Origin: a virus
Direction: 5' to 3' (one strand)
IMG/VR virus record: IMGVR_UViG_3300045988_063953
Length of the DNA stretch: 64,000 bases
The notes beneath the pieces are model-generated. The model had not been told where the DNA came from. It saw only the letters and a list, made by a program, of their open reading frames with translations, and did no database searches. The translations under genes and the position numbers were made by a program. Of this stretch, positions 18,044 to 26,743 are shown in pieces. The first letter of the stretch is position 1; every line of letters starts with the position of its first letter.

Positions 18044-18142
18044 ATGGACAAATGGGATATTGGTATGATAGCGATAGCGTGGACAATGCTCATATTAGGA
18101 ATAATACTGATACTAAAAGAGATAATTGTGTCGTTGTCATAA
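18044..18142 (+). CDS. mini membrane protein (32 aa)
   Basis: Hand translation gives MDKWDIGMIAIAWTMLILGIILILKEIIVSLS, with one hydrophobic helix. Confidence 0.35.
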   Translation: MDKWDIGMIAIAWTMLILGIILILKEIIVSLS

Positions 18143-18154
18143 ATACTATTGATT

Positions 18155-18274
18155 ATGGATAAAGAAACATTGTATTTAGTGTTATATATTGTTCTTGTTA
18201 TATTGGCAATAGTAGTGCCAGTAGTAATAGGAGTGTTGAAATTATTATGTATGATTAAATTCTTAACGTTATGA
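18155..18274 (+). CDS. mini membrane protein (39 aa)
   Basis: Hand translation gives MDKETLYLVLYIVLVILAIVVPVVIGVLKLLCMIKFLTL. ATGA overlap with the next ORF. Confidence 0.4.
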   Translation: MDKETLYLVLYIVLVILAIVVPVVIGVLKLLCMIKFLTL

Positions 18275-18438
18275 AACAAGAAAAGCCTAAAAGTAATACT
18301 GAACAAATACTTAACAAATTTGGTGAAAGTTGTGGTGACACAGTTGACAATGTAGTTGGTTATTTGTTTGCAGGTATTATATTCATCATGGTGGTGGTTG
18401 TGCCAATAGCAGGATTAATCTGCTTGATACTCGAGTAG
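18271..18438 (+). CDS. mini membrane protein (55 aa)
   Basis: Hand translation gives MKQEKPKSNTEQILNKFGESCGDTVDNVVGYLFAGIIFIMVVVVPIAGLICLILE, with a C-terminal helix. Confidence 0.4.
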   Translation: MKQEKPKSNTEQILNKFGESCGDTVDNVVGYLFAGIIFIMVVVVPIAGLICLILE

Positions 18439-18466
18439 ATAAAGATGTTAGTGTTGGTGTTGAAAT

Positions 18467-18535
18467 AAGCGTATTAGTGTGGTTTGGTAGTGGTGTTTGC
18501 CCTGCCTACGATTTGCACTGATACGCTTTATTCTT
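18467..18535 (+). terminator. long hairpin after the mini-ORF cluster
   Basis: aagcgtattagtg / cactgatacgctt, one mismatch, 36-nt loop, then tattcttt. Confidence 0.45.
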
Positions 18536-18619
18536 TGCCTGCTGAGTTCAAATGTATTATTCGATTAATTATATTAGAATTAAATTTAATTGGCTGATAT
18601 GAGAAATTAAATTTAGTAT

Positions 18620-18627
18620 TATATTTG
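18620..18627 (+). promoter_or_regulatory. Bacteroidota-type -7 promoter box TATATTTG
   Basis: Ends 28 nt upstream of the ATG at 18656. Lies downstream of a terminator-like hairpin. Confidence 0.55.
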
Positions 18628-18655
18628 TAGTATAGAATTAAAAACTGCTGAAATT

Positions 18656-20140
18656 ATGAGTTCAACAAGTAGAAAACATTATATTGTTGATTTTCACGAA
18701 GGTTTACATCATTTTGTACATAGTGCAGACCTTGTAATTCACAATGAACGTAAACATTGTTCTTATGTTGGTTTTGGTAACTTTCTTTATACTATTAAAA
18801 CTCGACTTAAAGATATTAGTGATGTCACCGACCCTTATCGTTATCATATTGGTAGAGGCGATTATTGTATTGCTGTTATAGATAGAGAAAAGAAGAGAAT
18901 TTGTATTTCTGATAGACATTATCATACTTATTATCTGAAACAAGCTGTTCCTGATGATTGGGAGGTTACTTATGTTAATGGTTCTGTTAAGGCTTTTTAT
19001 CTTCTTGGTAAAACTAATAATTATTATTTTTGTAAAGCTGTTTGTGAATGGATTGTAGATAAAGTAGTATCTGACTATTCAGATGAATATGCTGTTCTTT
19101 ATAAATATAAGCAGACTATTAATAAAGATATTTGTGTTCCTAATATTGGTAATGAACATAAAGAAACTATTAAACTTTTGTTAGATAAGTATAATCTTGC
19201 AGAGTTTTGGTTTTATGAAAAACCTATTACTGATAGTGTGTTTGTTGATTATTATCAAGGTTGGCGTAAAAAGTTCTTTAGTTTAACTAAAGTTCCTACT
19301 ATTGAAGAAATTTATGAAAATAGAATCTTCTCTAAGGACGAAAAACTTTATATTATTCAACGTAAGTTTTATACTGATTTCTGTAGAGGATTTGGTATTT
19401 CTTTTAATGATGTAGTTAAACATTGGGAAGATAAGGATGGTATGTCTGTTCTTATGCCTGTTCTTGTTAATAAGTATGAACATCTTAAACCTAATTGGAA
19501 AGAAGCTATTATTGCTAATGCAAGACAACAAGATGATTGTGGTGAAAACTTTGTAATTAGAAGTAATGCTGAATCTAAAGAAAATAAAGATAAAGCAATT
19601 TTTGATTATATTACTAAGAATTACGGAAGTAATGATTTACTTACTGCTTGGAGAGAGAATGACTTTAAAGTTCCTTTTACTGTAACATATAAACAGTATC
19701 AAGTTACTAATCATACTACAAAAGGTCGTTATATTACAGGTAGATGGATTGATAGAACAGAAAGAATTTATAGTCTTCCTTTCTATTATGTTCAACTTAA
19801 ATATGATGTTGACAAAGAAATTATTACAACATCTAAAGGTGCTAAGGTTAGACTTAATGATGCTATTCTTCTTTGGAAGTTATTCAAACAAACGATTAAT
19901 CAATGTAGTAAAGTTAATAATAAATATAATAATTATATAGAAATTCATTTAGCTGACAAAAATATTAAATGTGGACTTTATCCTGTTAATGGTATATATT
20001 TCAATATTAAAAATAAAAATAAGTATAATGGAGTTGGCTATTATAGTTGGAATGTAGTTGTCGGTTGTCATACTATTTGGATTGACGATTTTATTAACTT
20101 TATTAAGTATTATAAATTACAAAAATATTTTCCTAATTAA
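18656..20140 (+). CDS. hypothetical protein (494 aa)
   Basis: Long ORF. A TATATTTG box ends 28 nt upstream. No motif recognised. Confidence 0.75.
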   Translation: MSSTSRKHYIVDFHEGLHHFVHSADLVIHNERKHCSYVGFGNFLYTIKTRLKDISDVTDPYRYHIGRGDYCIAVIDREKKRICISDRHYHTYYLKQAVPDDWEVTYVNGSVKAFYLLGKTNNYYFCKAVCEWIVDKVVSDYSDEYAVLYKYKQTINKDICVPNIGNEHKETIKLLLDKYNLAEFWFYEKPITDSVFVDYYQGWRKKFFSLTKVPTIEEIYENRIFSKDEKLYIIQRKFYTDFCRGFGISFNDVVKHWEDKDGMSVLMPVLVNKYEHLKPNWKEAIIANARQQDDCGENFVIRSNAESKENKDKAIFDYITKNYGSNDLLTAWRENDFKVPFTVTYKQYQVTNHTTKGRYITGRWIDRTERIYSLPFYYVQLKYDVDKEIITTSKGAKVRLNDAILLWKLFKQTINQCSKVNNKYNNYIEIHLADKNIKCGLYPVNGIYFNIKNKNKYNGVGYYSWNVVVGCHTIWIDDFINFIKYYKLQKYFPN

Positions 20141-20141
20141 A

Positions 20142-20486
20142 ATGTTGTATATGGTATTAGACATTAATGTTCCAGAAGAGCTTTGTACTGAAGATGTTAA
20201 TAACTTCACTTCTAAAGCTGTAGAGTGTGTTGAACTTTATGCTAAAAAGAATCATGATTATGGTAATTCTTTTGAGAAAGGTTGTGATGACATTGGTCAT
20301 GCTTATGCTACAGGTCGTCTTTATGACAAGGTTAATCGCCTTGTTAATGTTACAAAAACTGAAAGTGAGGTTAAAGATGAATCTGTAGAGGATACTCTAA
20401 AAGACCTTGCTTGTTATTCTCTAATGTATCTTGCTTATCTTAATAAGAAAAGAGTTGCAAGTATTCCTGATGTAGATTTTGAGTAG
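20142..20486 (+). CDS. DUF1599/MazG-like nucleotide-metabolism-associated protein (tentative)
   Basis: The ATG follows the upstream stop directly. YAKKNHDYGNSF resembles the KNxDYG signature of DUF1599. Adjacent to thyX. Confidence 0.45.
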   Translation: MLYMVLDINVPEELCTEDVNNFTSKAVECVELYAKKNHDYGNSFEKGCDDIGHAYATGRLYDKVNRLVNVTKTESEVKDESVEDTLKDLACYSLMYLAYLNKKRVASIPDVDFE

Positions 20487-20496
20487 ATAATTCACT

Positions 20497-20516
20497 ACAT
20501 TTTCTTTACGGGGGAG
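20497..20516 (-). repeat. GC-rich motif copy E
   Basis: acattttctttacgggggag. Intergenic, upstream of thyX. Confidence 0.85.
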
Positions 20517-20539
20517 GTAGTGTTAAACTTATAATTGAT

Positions 20540-21547
20540 ATGAAGATTATTCATCCAAGTGTAGAGTATTGGTCTCAAGCCAATACTCTTGATGGTATTT
20601 GGGAACATGCTGCCAGATGTGCTCGAGTATGTTATCAAAGCCAACCTGTTAAAGAAGGAGAATCTGGTAAAGATTTTCTTCTTAGAACTATTGCTAAAAA
20701 TGGTTTTAGAAAAGATAAAAGTAGTCATATGAGTGTTCTTGAACATTCTACTGTTTATCTTAGAGTTACAAATGCTGAAGGTTGTTTTCATGATATGAAA
20801 GATAAATATCTTAGAAATCATTATTCTCGTATTGTTGTAGAAGTTTATGATAATGATTTATCTAATAGAGGTATTCCTTTTTCTGAAGCATTTATTACTA
20901 CTAATCTTAGAGTTCTTGTTGAAAATGATTGGCTTGATGATTTACGTTTTATTGCTGATGACATAACTAAACATAAGAAACGTTATACATTTAGTATTAT
21001 AACTAATCTTGGTGTTTCTCGTGAAATTAATAGACATAGAGAACATTCTAAGACAGCTGTTGATGGTGGTTTAGACCCTTCAGTTTCTGAAGAAAGTACT
21101 CGTTATTGCAATTATTCTAAAGATAAATTTGATAATAGACTTACTTTTGTTATTCCTGCTTGGAGTAATTTAGAAGAAGGTACTGTTGTTAAGAAACCAA
21201 CTTATGCTTGGGATCATTATAAATATGATTACTATCTTAATGATAAACTATTTACTTCTGTATTTGAAATAAAAGATGATGAGCGTAAGTTTACTGATGA
21301 TTTTGTTTGGCTTATTGCAAATAAACATGCAGAAGAAGCTTATCTCTTATTACTTGCTAATGGTCAAAAGCCTCAACAAGCAAGGGAAGTTCTTCCTCTT
21401 AGTCTTAAAACTCAAGTTATTCATACAGCTTTTGAAGATGATTGGAGAAATTTTATTGCTTTAAGAAGTGAAGGTATAAGTGGTGCTCCTCATCCTAATG
21501 CAAAACAAGTAGCAGATAAAGTTAAATATTTAATAGAACATATGTAA
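20540..21547 (+). CDS. thyX: flavin-dependent thymidylate synthase ThyX
   Basis: HMSVLEH, RHREHS and ESTRY match the ThyX RHRxxS...SxRY signature. Confidence 0.85.
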   Translation: MKIIHPSVEYWSQANTLDGIWEHAARCARVCYQSQPVKEGESGKDFLLRTIAKNGFRKDKSSHMSVLEHSTVYLRVTNAEGCFHDMKDKYLRNHYSRIVVEVYDNDLSNRGIPFSEAFITTNLRVLVENDWLDDLRFIADDITKHKKRYTFSIITNLGVSREINRHREHSKTAVDGGLDPSVSEESTRYCNYSKDKFDNRLTFVIPAWSNLEEGTVVKKPTYAWDHYKYDYYLNDKLFTSVFEIKDDERKFTDDFVWLIANKHAEEAYLLLLANGQKPQQAREVLPLSLKTQVIHTAFEDDWRNFIALRSEGISGAPHPNAKQVADKVKYLIEHM

Positions 21548-21729
21548 TGAGTGAAGTTTATATATTAAATTATGATACTGAGATGTTATATCATTTCAGT
21601 ATTGATTTATCTGATTATCCAGATAAAGAGAATGACATTGTAGAAGCTGAAATTAAAGCTAAAGGTTTTAATCTCGATGAAATTTCTTATATGATTACTG
21701 ATAATGAATTAACAATAGAAGAAGTATGA
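21547..21729 (+). CDS. small acidic hypothetical protein
   Basis: 60-aa ORF with an ATGA-type junction to thyX. Confidence 0.45.
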   Translation: MSEVYILNYDTEMLYHFSIDLSDYPDKENDIVEAEIKAKGFNLDEISYMITDNELTIEEV

Positions 21730-21911
21730 GTCAAGATTTGAAATGTTTCTTTGGTGTTCATAGATATGAACTTTTAGAACAACAAGATGTTACTGATGAA
21801 CGTAATGCTAATGTTGTTGGTATTAATTATATCTCTCGTTGTACAAATTGTGGTGGTATTAAAGTTACATTTGTACCTAAAGTAGAAAGTTTCTTGAAGT
21901 TTAATAGGTGA
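21726..21911 (+). CDS. small hypothetical protein, possible zinc ribbon
   Basis: 61 aa with CFFGVH ... CTNCGG. Confidence 0.45.
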   Translation: MSQDLKCFFGVHRYELLEQQDVTDERNANVVGINYISRCTNCGGIKVTFVPKVESFLKFNR

Positions 21912-21918
21912 TAGAAGT

Positions 21919-22416
21919 ATGTATTATTTTCTAAATACTATATATCCTTATGATGTTCATTCTAATCTGTTTAATTTAGAAGAAGGTAATAAAGATGATA
22001 AACCTATAACGCTAAATGATTTTATAGCTCGTGTTATAAAACATTTAAGTCGTTGGTATGTTAGAATACAGATTAATAATGTATCTCATAGACTGTATTG
22101 CATTGTTGATAAAGGTAATATAACTATTGATAGTTTAGGAATTACTAAAACATTTTTTGTTGATAGTATTATTAAACTTGATGGTCATTTTATTAACAAA
22201 CAGTGTATTATTACACTTGATTTAGATCGTAATGTTGATAATGTATTTTCAAGATTACATGATTGTATTACTTATTATAATGAAGATATACTTCGACGTA
22301 TTCGTAGTTATATACGTCAATTACCTTTTGTAAAATATTCTTTTGATGTATATGAAGAAATGTTTTTAACAGATTTAGAAGCTCATATTGGTATCGGTGA
22401 TTGTATACGTACTTGA
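21919..22416 (+). CDS. hypothetical protein; the frame stays open for 60 codons past its TGA, to 22597
   Basis: 165-aa ORF ending in TGA. The downstream in-frame stretch has no ATG and ends 1 nt before the next gene. Confidence 0.6.
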   Translation: MYYFLNTIYPYDVHSNLFNLEEGNKDDKPITLNDFIARVIKHLSRWYVRIQINNVSHRLYCIVDKGNITIDSLGITKTFFVDSIIKLDGHFINKQCIITLDLDRNVDNVFSRLHDCITYYNEDILRRIRSYIRQLPFVKYSFDVYEEMFLTDLEAHIGIGDCIRT

Positions 22417-22598
22417 TATACAGATAATTGTAGTCTTTTTATTGAATCTGTTAATGCAGAAAAACTTAGTAATAAAACTCTTTATATTGCTATTGATACA
22501 ATACTTCAATTACCTAATTATAGAAATATATTTGAACGTAGTGTTAAATTTATAGATGATAAAGAAGTATTTGTTATAACCCTCAAATTACCGTAAAT

Positions 22599-22886
22599 AT
22601 GATTACTATAATTATTGTTATTTGTATTGTAATATGTGTAGCAATTATTTGTTATACATATTATAAAATTGAAGAACTTAAGCAGTGTCTTGTTAGCAAT
22701 GATATAGATACTGTAAACACTCTTGATACTATATCTCGTCTTATTGACAAGTATAGTAAAAGTATTAATGATAAAACTCTTAATCCTACAGGATTTATAG
22801 GAATTGATTCTATTAATACTTTTAATGATACTCTGAAAACTGTTATTGATAATGATGAAGAGGAGGAAGATTATGAGAAAGATTAG
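22599..22886 (+). CDS. hypothetical membrane-anchored protein with acidic C-terminus
   Basis: N-terminal helix MITIIIVICIVICVAIICYTYY and a DNDEEEEDYEKD tail. Confidence 0.55.
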   Translation: MITIIIVICIVICVAIICYTYYKIEELKQCLVSNDIDTVNTLDTISRLIDKYSKSINDKTLNPTGFIGIDSINTFNDTLKTVIDNDEEEEDYEKD

Positions 22887-23214
22887 TGATTGTTTTGTAG
22901 GTCAGCAACAAGCTGACATAGATAATATTAAACATTTCTTCAATAGTCATCCTCTTGCTGTTATCGGTTTTAATGCAGTTGCTTCTCTTATTATTCAATA
23001 TTTAGAGATTGTTCTCAATGTTAGACTATATGTAAAATACGAGCGTCATGATTATTATTGGTATCTAAGAGTTGATAAACATTGTCCTGACGATATTAAT
23101 TTTATTAAAGGAACTATTCAAGAATATATCAAGACTAATCATTGGGATGAGTTTATAAAGATTAATAGAACTATTGATGAATCAATATTAGTTCTTAAAA
23201 CTGAAATAGATTAA
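22873..23214 (+). CDS. hypothetical protein
   Basis: Internal Met of the 22846 track ORF, preceded by AGGAGGA. Confidence 0.5.
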   Translation: MRKISDCFVGQQQADIDNIKHFFNSHPLAVIGFNAVASLIIQYLEIVLNVRLYVKYERHDYYWYLRVDKHCPDDINFIKGTIQEYIKTNHWDEFIKINRTIDESILVLKTEID

Positions 23215-23217
23215 GAT

Positions 23218-23985
23218 ATGAATAACATTTTTAATATTAGAACAGAGTTCTTTGATATATTCAATGAACTTGAAGAAAATGGTGGAGAACTTACTCCTGA
23301 ACTTGAAGAACAACTTGCTATTACACAAGAAAGTTTCAAGGAGAAGATTAAGTCCTACTCTGAGTATATTAAATCTCTTACAGCTGATAATAAAGCTATT
23401 GACGAAGAAATCGCTCGTCTAAGAGATTTGAAGGCTTCTAAGAAGAAAACTATTGATAGAGTTACTGAGATTATGGTTGATTCTATTGAAATGTTTGGTG
23501 ATACTGCTAAATCAGGTGTTAAGTTTGTAGATTTTGGTACTGGTAAAGTATCTATTCGTACAACATCTGCTGTTGAAGTTGATGATGATTCTGTTAATGG
23601 AATTGTAGATAGTTACAAGTCTGTTATCGGAGCATTGTTATTCCAAAATCAACTTGATGTAGTTGATGAGATTGACGAAAAATTACTTGCTCAAACAGCT
23701 GAAGAGCATATTACACGTGTAGGAGAAGAAGAGTATAATTCTCCTATTAGTTTCACTGAAGAAGATTTGAAAGCATTTGATGGTAAAGTTACTTTCAAAA
23801 CTAAGTTTGCTAATTTGCTTAAAGGTAAACATCTTAAAGCTCTTAAGACAATTATTGAGGCTTGTGGTGAACCTGAACTTGAAGCTTCAGTTAGTAAGAC
23901 TGATTTGAAGAATCTTCTTAAAGATGAAACTAATAATCTTACTATGTGTAGGACTGTTAAGAATAAAAATATTAGTATTAAGTAA
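23218..23985 (+). CDS. Gp157-like protein (tentative)
   Basis: The acidic coiled-coil N-terminal pattern (FNELEENGGELTPELEEQL...IKSYSEYIKSL...EEIARLRDLK) resembles the siphovirus Gp157 family. Confidence 0.4.
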   Translation: MNNIFNIRTEFFDIFNELEENGGELTPELEEQLAITQESFKEKIKSYSEYIKSLTADNKAIDEEIARLRDLKASKKKTIDRVTEIMVDSIEMFGDTAKSGVKFVDFGTGKVSIRTTSAVEVDDDSVNGIVDSYKSVIGALLFQNQLDVVDEIDEKLLAQTAEEHITRVGEEEYNSPISFTEEDLKAFDGKVTFKTKFANLLKGKHLKALKTIIEACGEPELEASVSKTDLKNLLKDETNNLTMCRTVKNKNISIK

Positions 23986-23988
23986 GAT

Positions 23989-24168
23989 ATGATTATTAAA
24001 ACATATACTACACTTGATGAACTAATAGAACAACTTACTATTGCTAAGGAACATTGTGTTCCTGACAATAGTGGAGTTACTGTTAATATGCAAGTAGCAA
24101 AAGATGAAACGTTTGCTATTATTGATGTTCAATTTGATAATAAAGGTGCTGAACTAATTATTGGTTAA
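23989..24168 (+). CDS. small hypothetical protein (59 aa, below cutoff)
   Basis: Hand translation gives MIIKTYTTLDELIEQLTIAKEHCVPDNSGVTVNMQVAKDETFAIIDVQFDNKGAELIIG. It fills the gap between its neighbours exactly. Confidence 0.45.
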   Translation: MIIKTYTTLDELIEQLTIAKEHCVPDNSGVTVNMQVAKDETFAIIDVQFDNKGAELIIG

Positions 24169-24171
24169 ATT

Positions 24172-25236
24172 ATGAGTAAATATAATACTAATGGATTGCC
24201 TTGGTCTTCTGGTCTTGGTAAAGAAGTTACTGATTGTGTAACTGCTAAAGAAGTTATGCAAAAAGCTAAACTTGATTGGACTGTTGAAAAATGTGAACTT
24301 GTTGCTAAAATGCCTTTTAATATTAATGGTAATAATACCGTTGATGAAAAGAATGGTGATTTTAGTTATAAAGGTAACATTTATCGAGAGTGTCCAAAAG
24401 CATATGGTACTTATCGTACAGATGTAAATTTACCTCTTGGTATTGTTAAGGATAAATATAAAGTAGTTCAAAATATTGATGCTTTTGATTTCTTTGATGA
24501 TGCTATTGGTAAAGATAAAGCTGTTTGGCAAAAAGCTGGTCTGTTTGGTATAGGTCAAAAAGTATTTGTTACTGCAAAACTTCCTACAACTATGAAAGTA
24601 GGTAATGATGAAATTGAGAATTATCTTGTATTTAGTAACTCTCATGATGGTAGTAGTAGTATAAATATTCTATTCACTCCTATTAGAGTTGCTTGTACAA
24701 ATATGCTTAATAGTGCTTTGAAGAATGCTGATTCTTATATTAGAATTAGACATACTGAAAGTGCTGAAGAGAAACTTCAAACAGGTGCTGAAATACTTCG
24801 TATTGCCGCTGAACACGCTAATTCTGCTCAAGAACTTTATCGTGCTCTTCAAACAATTAATATGTCAGATGATGAAGTTATGAAGTATATTCTTAATCTT
24901 AATCTTACTGAACAAGAGAAAGGACTTCTTGCTGAATATTCTGATACAAAGACTGCTATTAAACGTCTTTATAATCGTGATTTTACTACTATGGAACATG
25001 TTGGTGTTAGTACTCGTAAAATGAATACTATTGTTAATATGTTTGAGTATTACATGGATGGTATTGGTCAAAAGGAAATAGCAGGTACTGCTTGGGGTGC
25101 TTATAATGCTGTTACAGGATTTTATTCAAATGTTGCTAATCTTAGTGGTGAAAAGCGTATGGATAGTTTACTTTATGGTAGTGCTAATCGTGTTATGAAT
25201 AAAGCACTTAATTTAGCACTTGCTGATGCTGTGTGA
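24172..25236 (+). CDS. DUF932-like (phage/plasmid-like) protein
   Basis: YLVFSNSHDGSSSINILFTPIRVACTNML matches the DUF932 SHDGS...R..C.N core pattern. Confidence 0.6.
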   Translation: MSKYNTNGLPWSSGLGKEVTDCVTAKEVMQKAKLDWTVEKCELVAKMPFNINGNNTVDEKNGDFSYKGNIYRECPKAYGTYRTDVNLPLGIVKDKYKVVQNIDAFDFFDDAIGKDKAVWQKAGLFGIGQKVFVTAKLPTTMKVGNDEIENYLVFSNSHDGSSSINILFTPIRVACTNMLNSALKNADSYIRIRHTESAEEKLQTGAEILRIAAEHANSAQELYRALQTINMSDDEVMKYILNLNLTEQEKGLLAEYSDTKTAIKRLYNRDFTTMEHVGVSTRKMNTIVNMFEYYMDGIGQKEIAGTAWGAYNAVTGFYSNVANLSGEKRMDSLLYGSANRVMNKALNLALADAV

Positions 25237-25248
25237 GTTGCTCTATAA

Positions 25249-25268
25249 CTCCCCCGTAAAAGAAATGT
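25249..25268 (+). repeat. GC-rich motif copy F (consensus)
   Basis: ctcccccgtaaaagaaatgt. Intergenic, 13 nt after the DUF932-like stop. Confidence 0.9.
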
Positions 25269-25318
25269 AAGTTAATCAACTTTAACTTTAATCTTTATAA
25301 TCGTACTGAATATTATAG

Positions 25319-25326
25319 TATATTTG
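25319..25326 (+). promoter_or_regulatory. Bacteroidota-type -7 promoter box TATATTTG, flanked by an 8-bp inverted repeat
   Basis: Ends 29 nt upstream of the dut ATG. Flanked by AATCGTAC (25299-25306) and GTACGATT (25327-25334). Confidence 0.55.
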
Positions 25327-25355
25327 GTACGATTAAATATTTAATTCATTTTTAT

Positions 25356-25838
25356 ATGGAAAAAACTGATATTGAAAAAGGTGCTGAAGAAAGTAAAGCA
25401 CTTGTAGTTAAGTTTAAGAAACTTAATGATGAAGCTGTTATTCCTTCTTATGCTAAAGAAGGTGATGCTGGACTTGATTTAACAGTTGTAAGTTTTGAGT
25501 ATGATGAAAAACTCGATGCTTATGTTTATCACACAGGTCTTGCTATGGAAATTCCTAAGGGTTATGTAGGACTTGTTTATCCTCGTTCTTCTAATCGTAA
25601 GACTGATGCTTATATGACTAATCATGTAGGTGTTATTGACTCAGGTTATCGTGGTGAGGTTCTTGTAACATTCAAGAATCGTGATAATTCACGTAACGCA
25701 ATCAATCCTCCTTATGTTAGCGGTGAGCGTGTAGCACAACTTATTGTTATGCCTTATCCTACGATTAACGTAGTAGAAGCTACAGAGTTGTCTGAAACAG
25801 AACGTGGAACTGATGGTCACGGAAGTACTGGTAAGTAA
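25356..25838 (+). CDS. dut: dUTP diphosphatase (trimeric dUTPase)
   Basis: All five motifs are present: GDAGLDL, YPRSSN, GVIDSGYRGE, RVAQLIV, RGTDGHGSTG. Confidence 0.9.
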   Translation: MEKTDIEKGAEESKALVVKFKKLNDEAVIPSYAKEGDAGLDLTVVSFEYDEKLDAYVYHTGLAMEIPKGYVGLVYPRSSNRKTDAYMTNHVGVIDSGYRGEVLVTFKNRDNSRNAINPPYVSGERVAQLIVMPYPTINVVEATELSETERGTDGHGSTGK

Positions 25839-25862
25839 TAACTAACTAATATTAATACAATT

Positions 25863-26165
25863 ATGAAAAAGTATGTAAAAGAAATGGTAGAAGAGCATAG
25901 CCAACTCTATGTTCTTCTTGAGAAACTTAATGACTTTATTTATAATCAAGATACATCTCATATTAATAAGGCTGATTTTGCTAATATGTGTATGCAACTT
26001 GCTGCTATGCGTCAGTATGAGAAGTGTCTTGTTGCTCGTCTTAACAATGCTGGTGTTTCATTTACTGATGGTGCTTATCATGAGTGTGTAGCAGTTATTG
26101 CTGCTCCTCAGTGTGATTGTGAGGATAAAGACGATGCTGAGGAAAATCAAGAAGATAACGAATAA
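25863..26165 (+). CDS. hypothetical protein with acidic tail
   Basis: 100-aa ORF with a CDCEDKDDAEENQEDNE tail. Confidence 0.55.
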   Translation: MKKYVKEMVEEHSQLYVLLEKLNDFIYNQDTSHINKADFANMCMQLAAMRQYEKCLVARLNNAGVSFTDGAYHECVAVIAAPQCDCEDKDDAEENQEDNE

Positions 26166-26430
26166 CAAGGTTATCCTTGTTACTACTAAAGGTTGTGAAG
26201 GTTGTACTATTGCTCGTAAACTTATTAAAGAAGCAATAGATGACCATTCTAAGACTATTAGTTTTGAACAACAAACTCTTGCAGAATTTGGTAGACGAAG
26301 ACTTACTGAAATGAAAATTAAAGATTTTCCTGCAATACTCTTTTATAAAGATGATGTTCTTGTTCATAAACATATTGGTACTGCACCTTTAGCATTTTTC
26401 CTAAGATGGTTTGATGTATATTTTGATTAA
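26134..26430 (+). CDS. thioredoxin/glutaredoxin-like protein
   Basis: CxxC motif (KGCEGCTIA) and a thioredoxin-fold-like FPAILFYKDDVLVHKHIG. The start codon is uncertain. Confidence 0.55.
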   Translation: MLRKIKKITNNKVILVTTKGCEGCTIARKLIKEAIDDHSKTISFEQQTLAEFGRRRLTEMKIKDFPAILFYKDDVLVHKHIGTAPLAFFLRWFDVYFD

Positions 26431-26459
26431 TATACTTTGTTGTGTTTAGTTTGAGTGTT

Positions 26460-26500
26460 GAATAGGTTGGAGATTAAGTTCTTCAACCTATTCTTTATCT
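26460..26500 (+). terminator. intrinsic terminator at the end of the + strand block
   Basis: Perfect 10-bp stem gaataggttg / caacctattc followed by tttatctt. Confidence 0.6.
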
Positions 26501-26743
26501 TAATAGGGAACATGATACTAATCTTAATGATAACAACATACCATAACACACGCCAACACGTTACAACATCGTGCAAGTACAAACAACATTCTGATACATT
26601 GTCAGATTGGCACTTTGCTTGACTTCTGAAAGGTTTAAGTACTAAAACTGATTAATATATCAAAGACAAAATAATGTCCGATTAGAGAGGAAATTAAAAT
26701 ATAGAATTATTTTCCATTTATAGTAAGATTAATAAAATGATTA

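Noticed and set aside
18005-18142. Possible TAG read-through of the 118-aa gene into the first mini membrane ORF, which is in the same frame.
   Set aside because: An in-frame ATG at 18044 gives an independent start. A shared frame has a 1-in-3 chance, and no other TAG read-through candidates were seen.
1602-26373. Track ORFs in the 1-26 kb block that lie on the - strand or in alternative + strand frames (for example 4250..4669, 9055..9510, 11663..12145, 13193..13651, 20495..20821, 23691..24068, 3295..3477, 6317..6505).
   Set aside because: They are embedded in or antisense to longer, motif-bearing + strand genes, and their translations are low-complexity.
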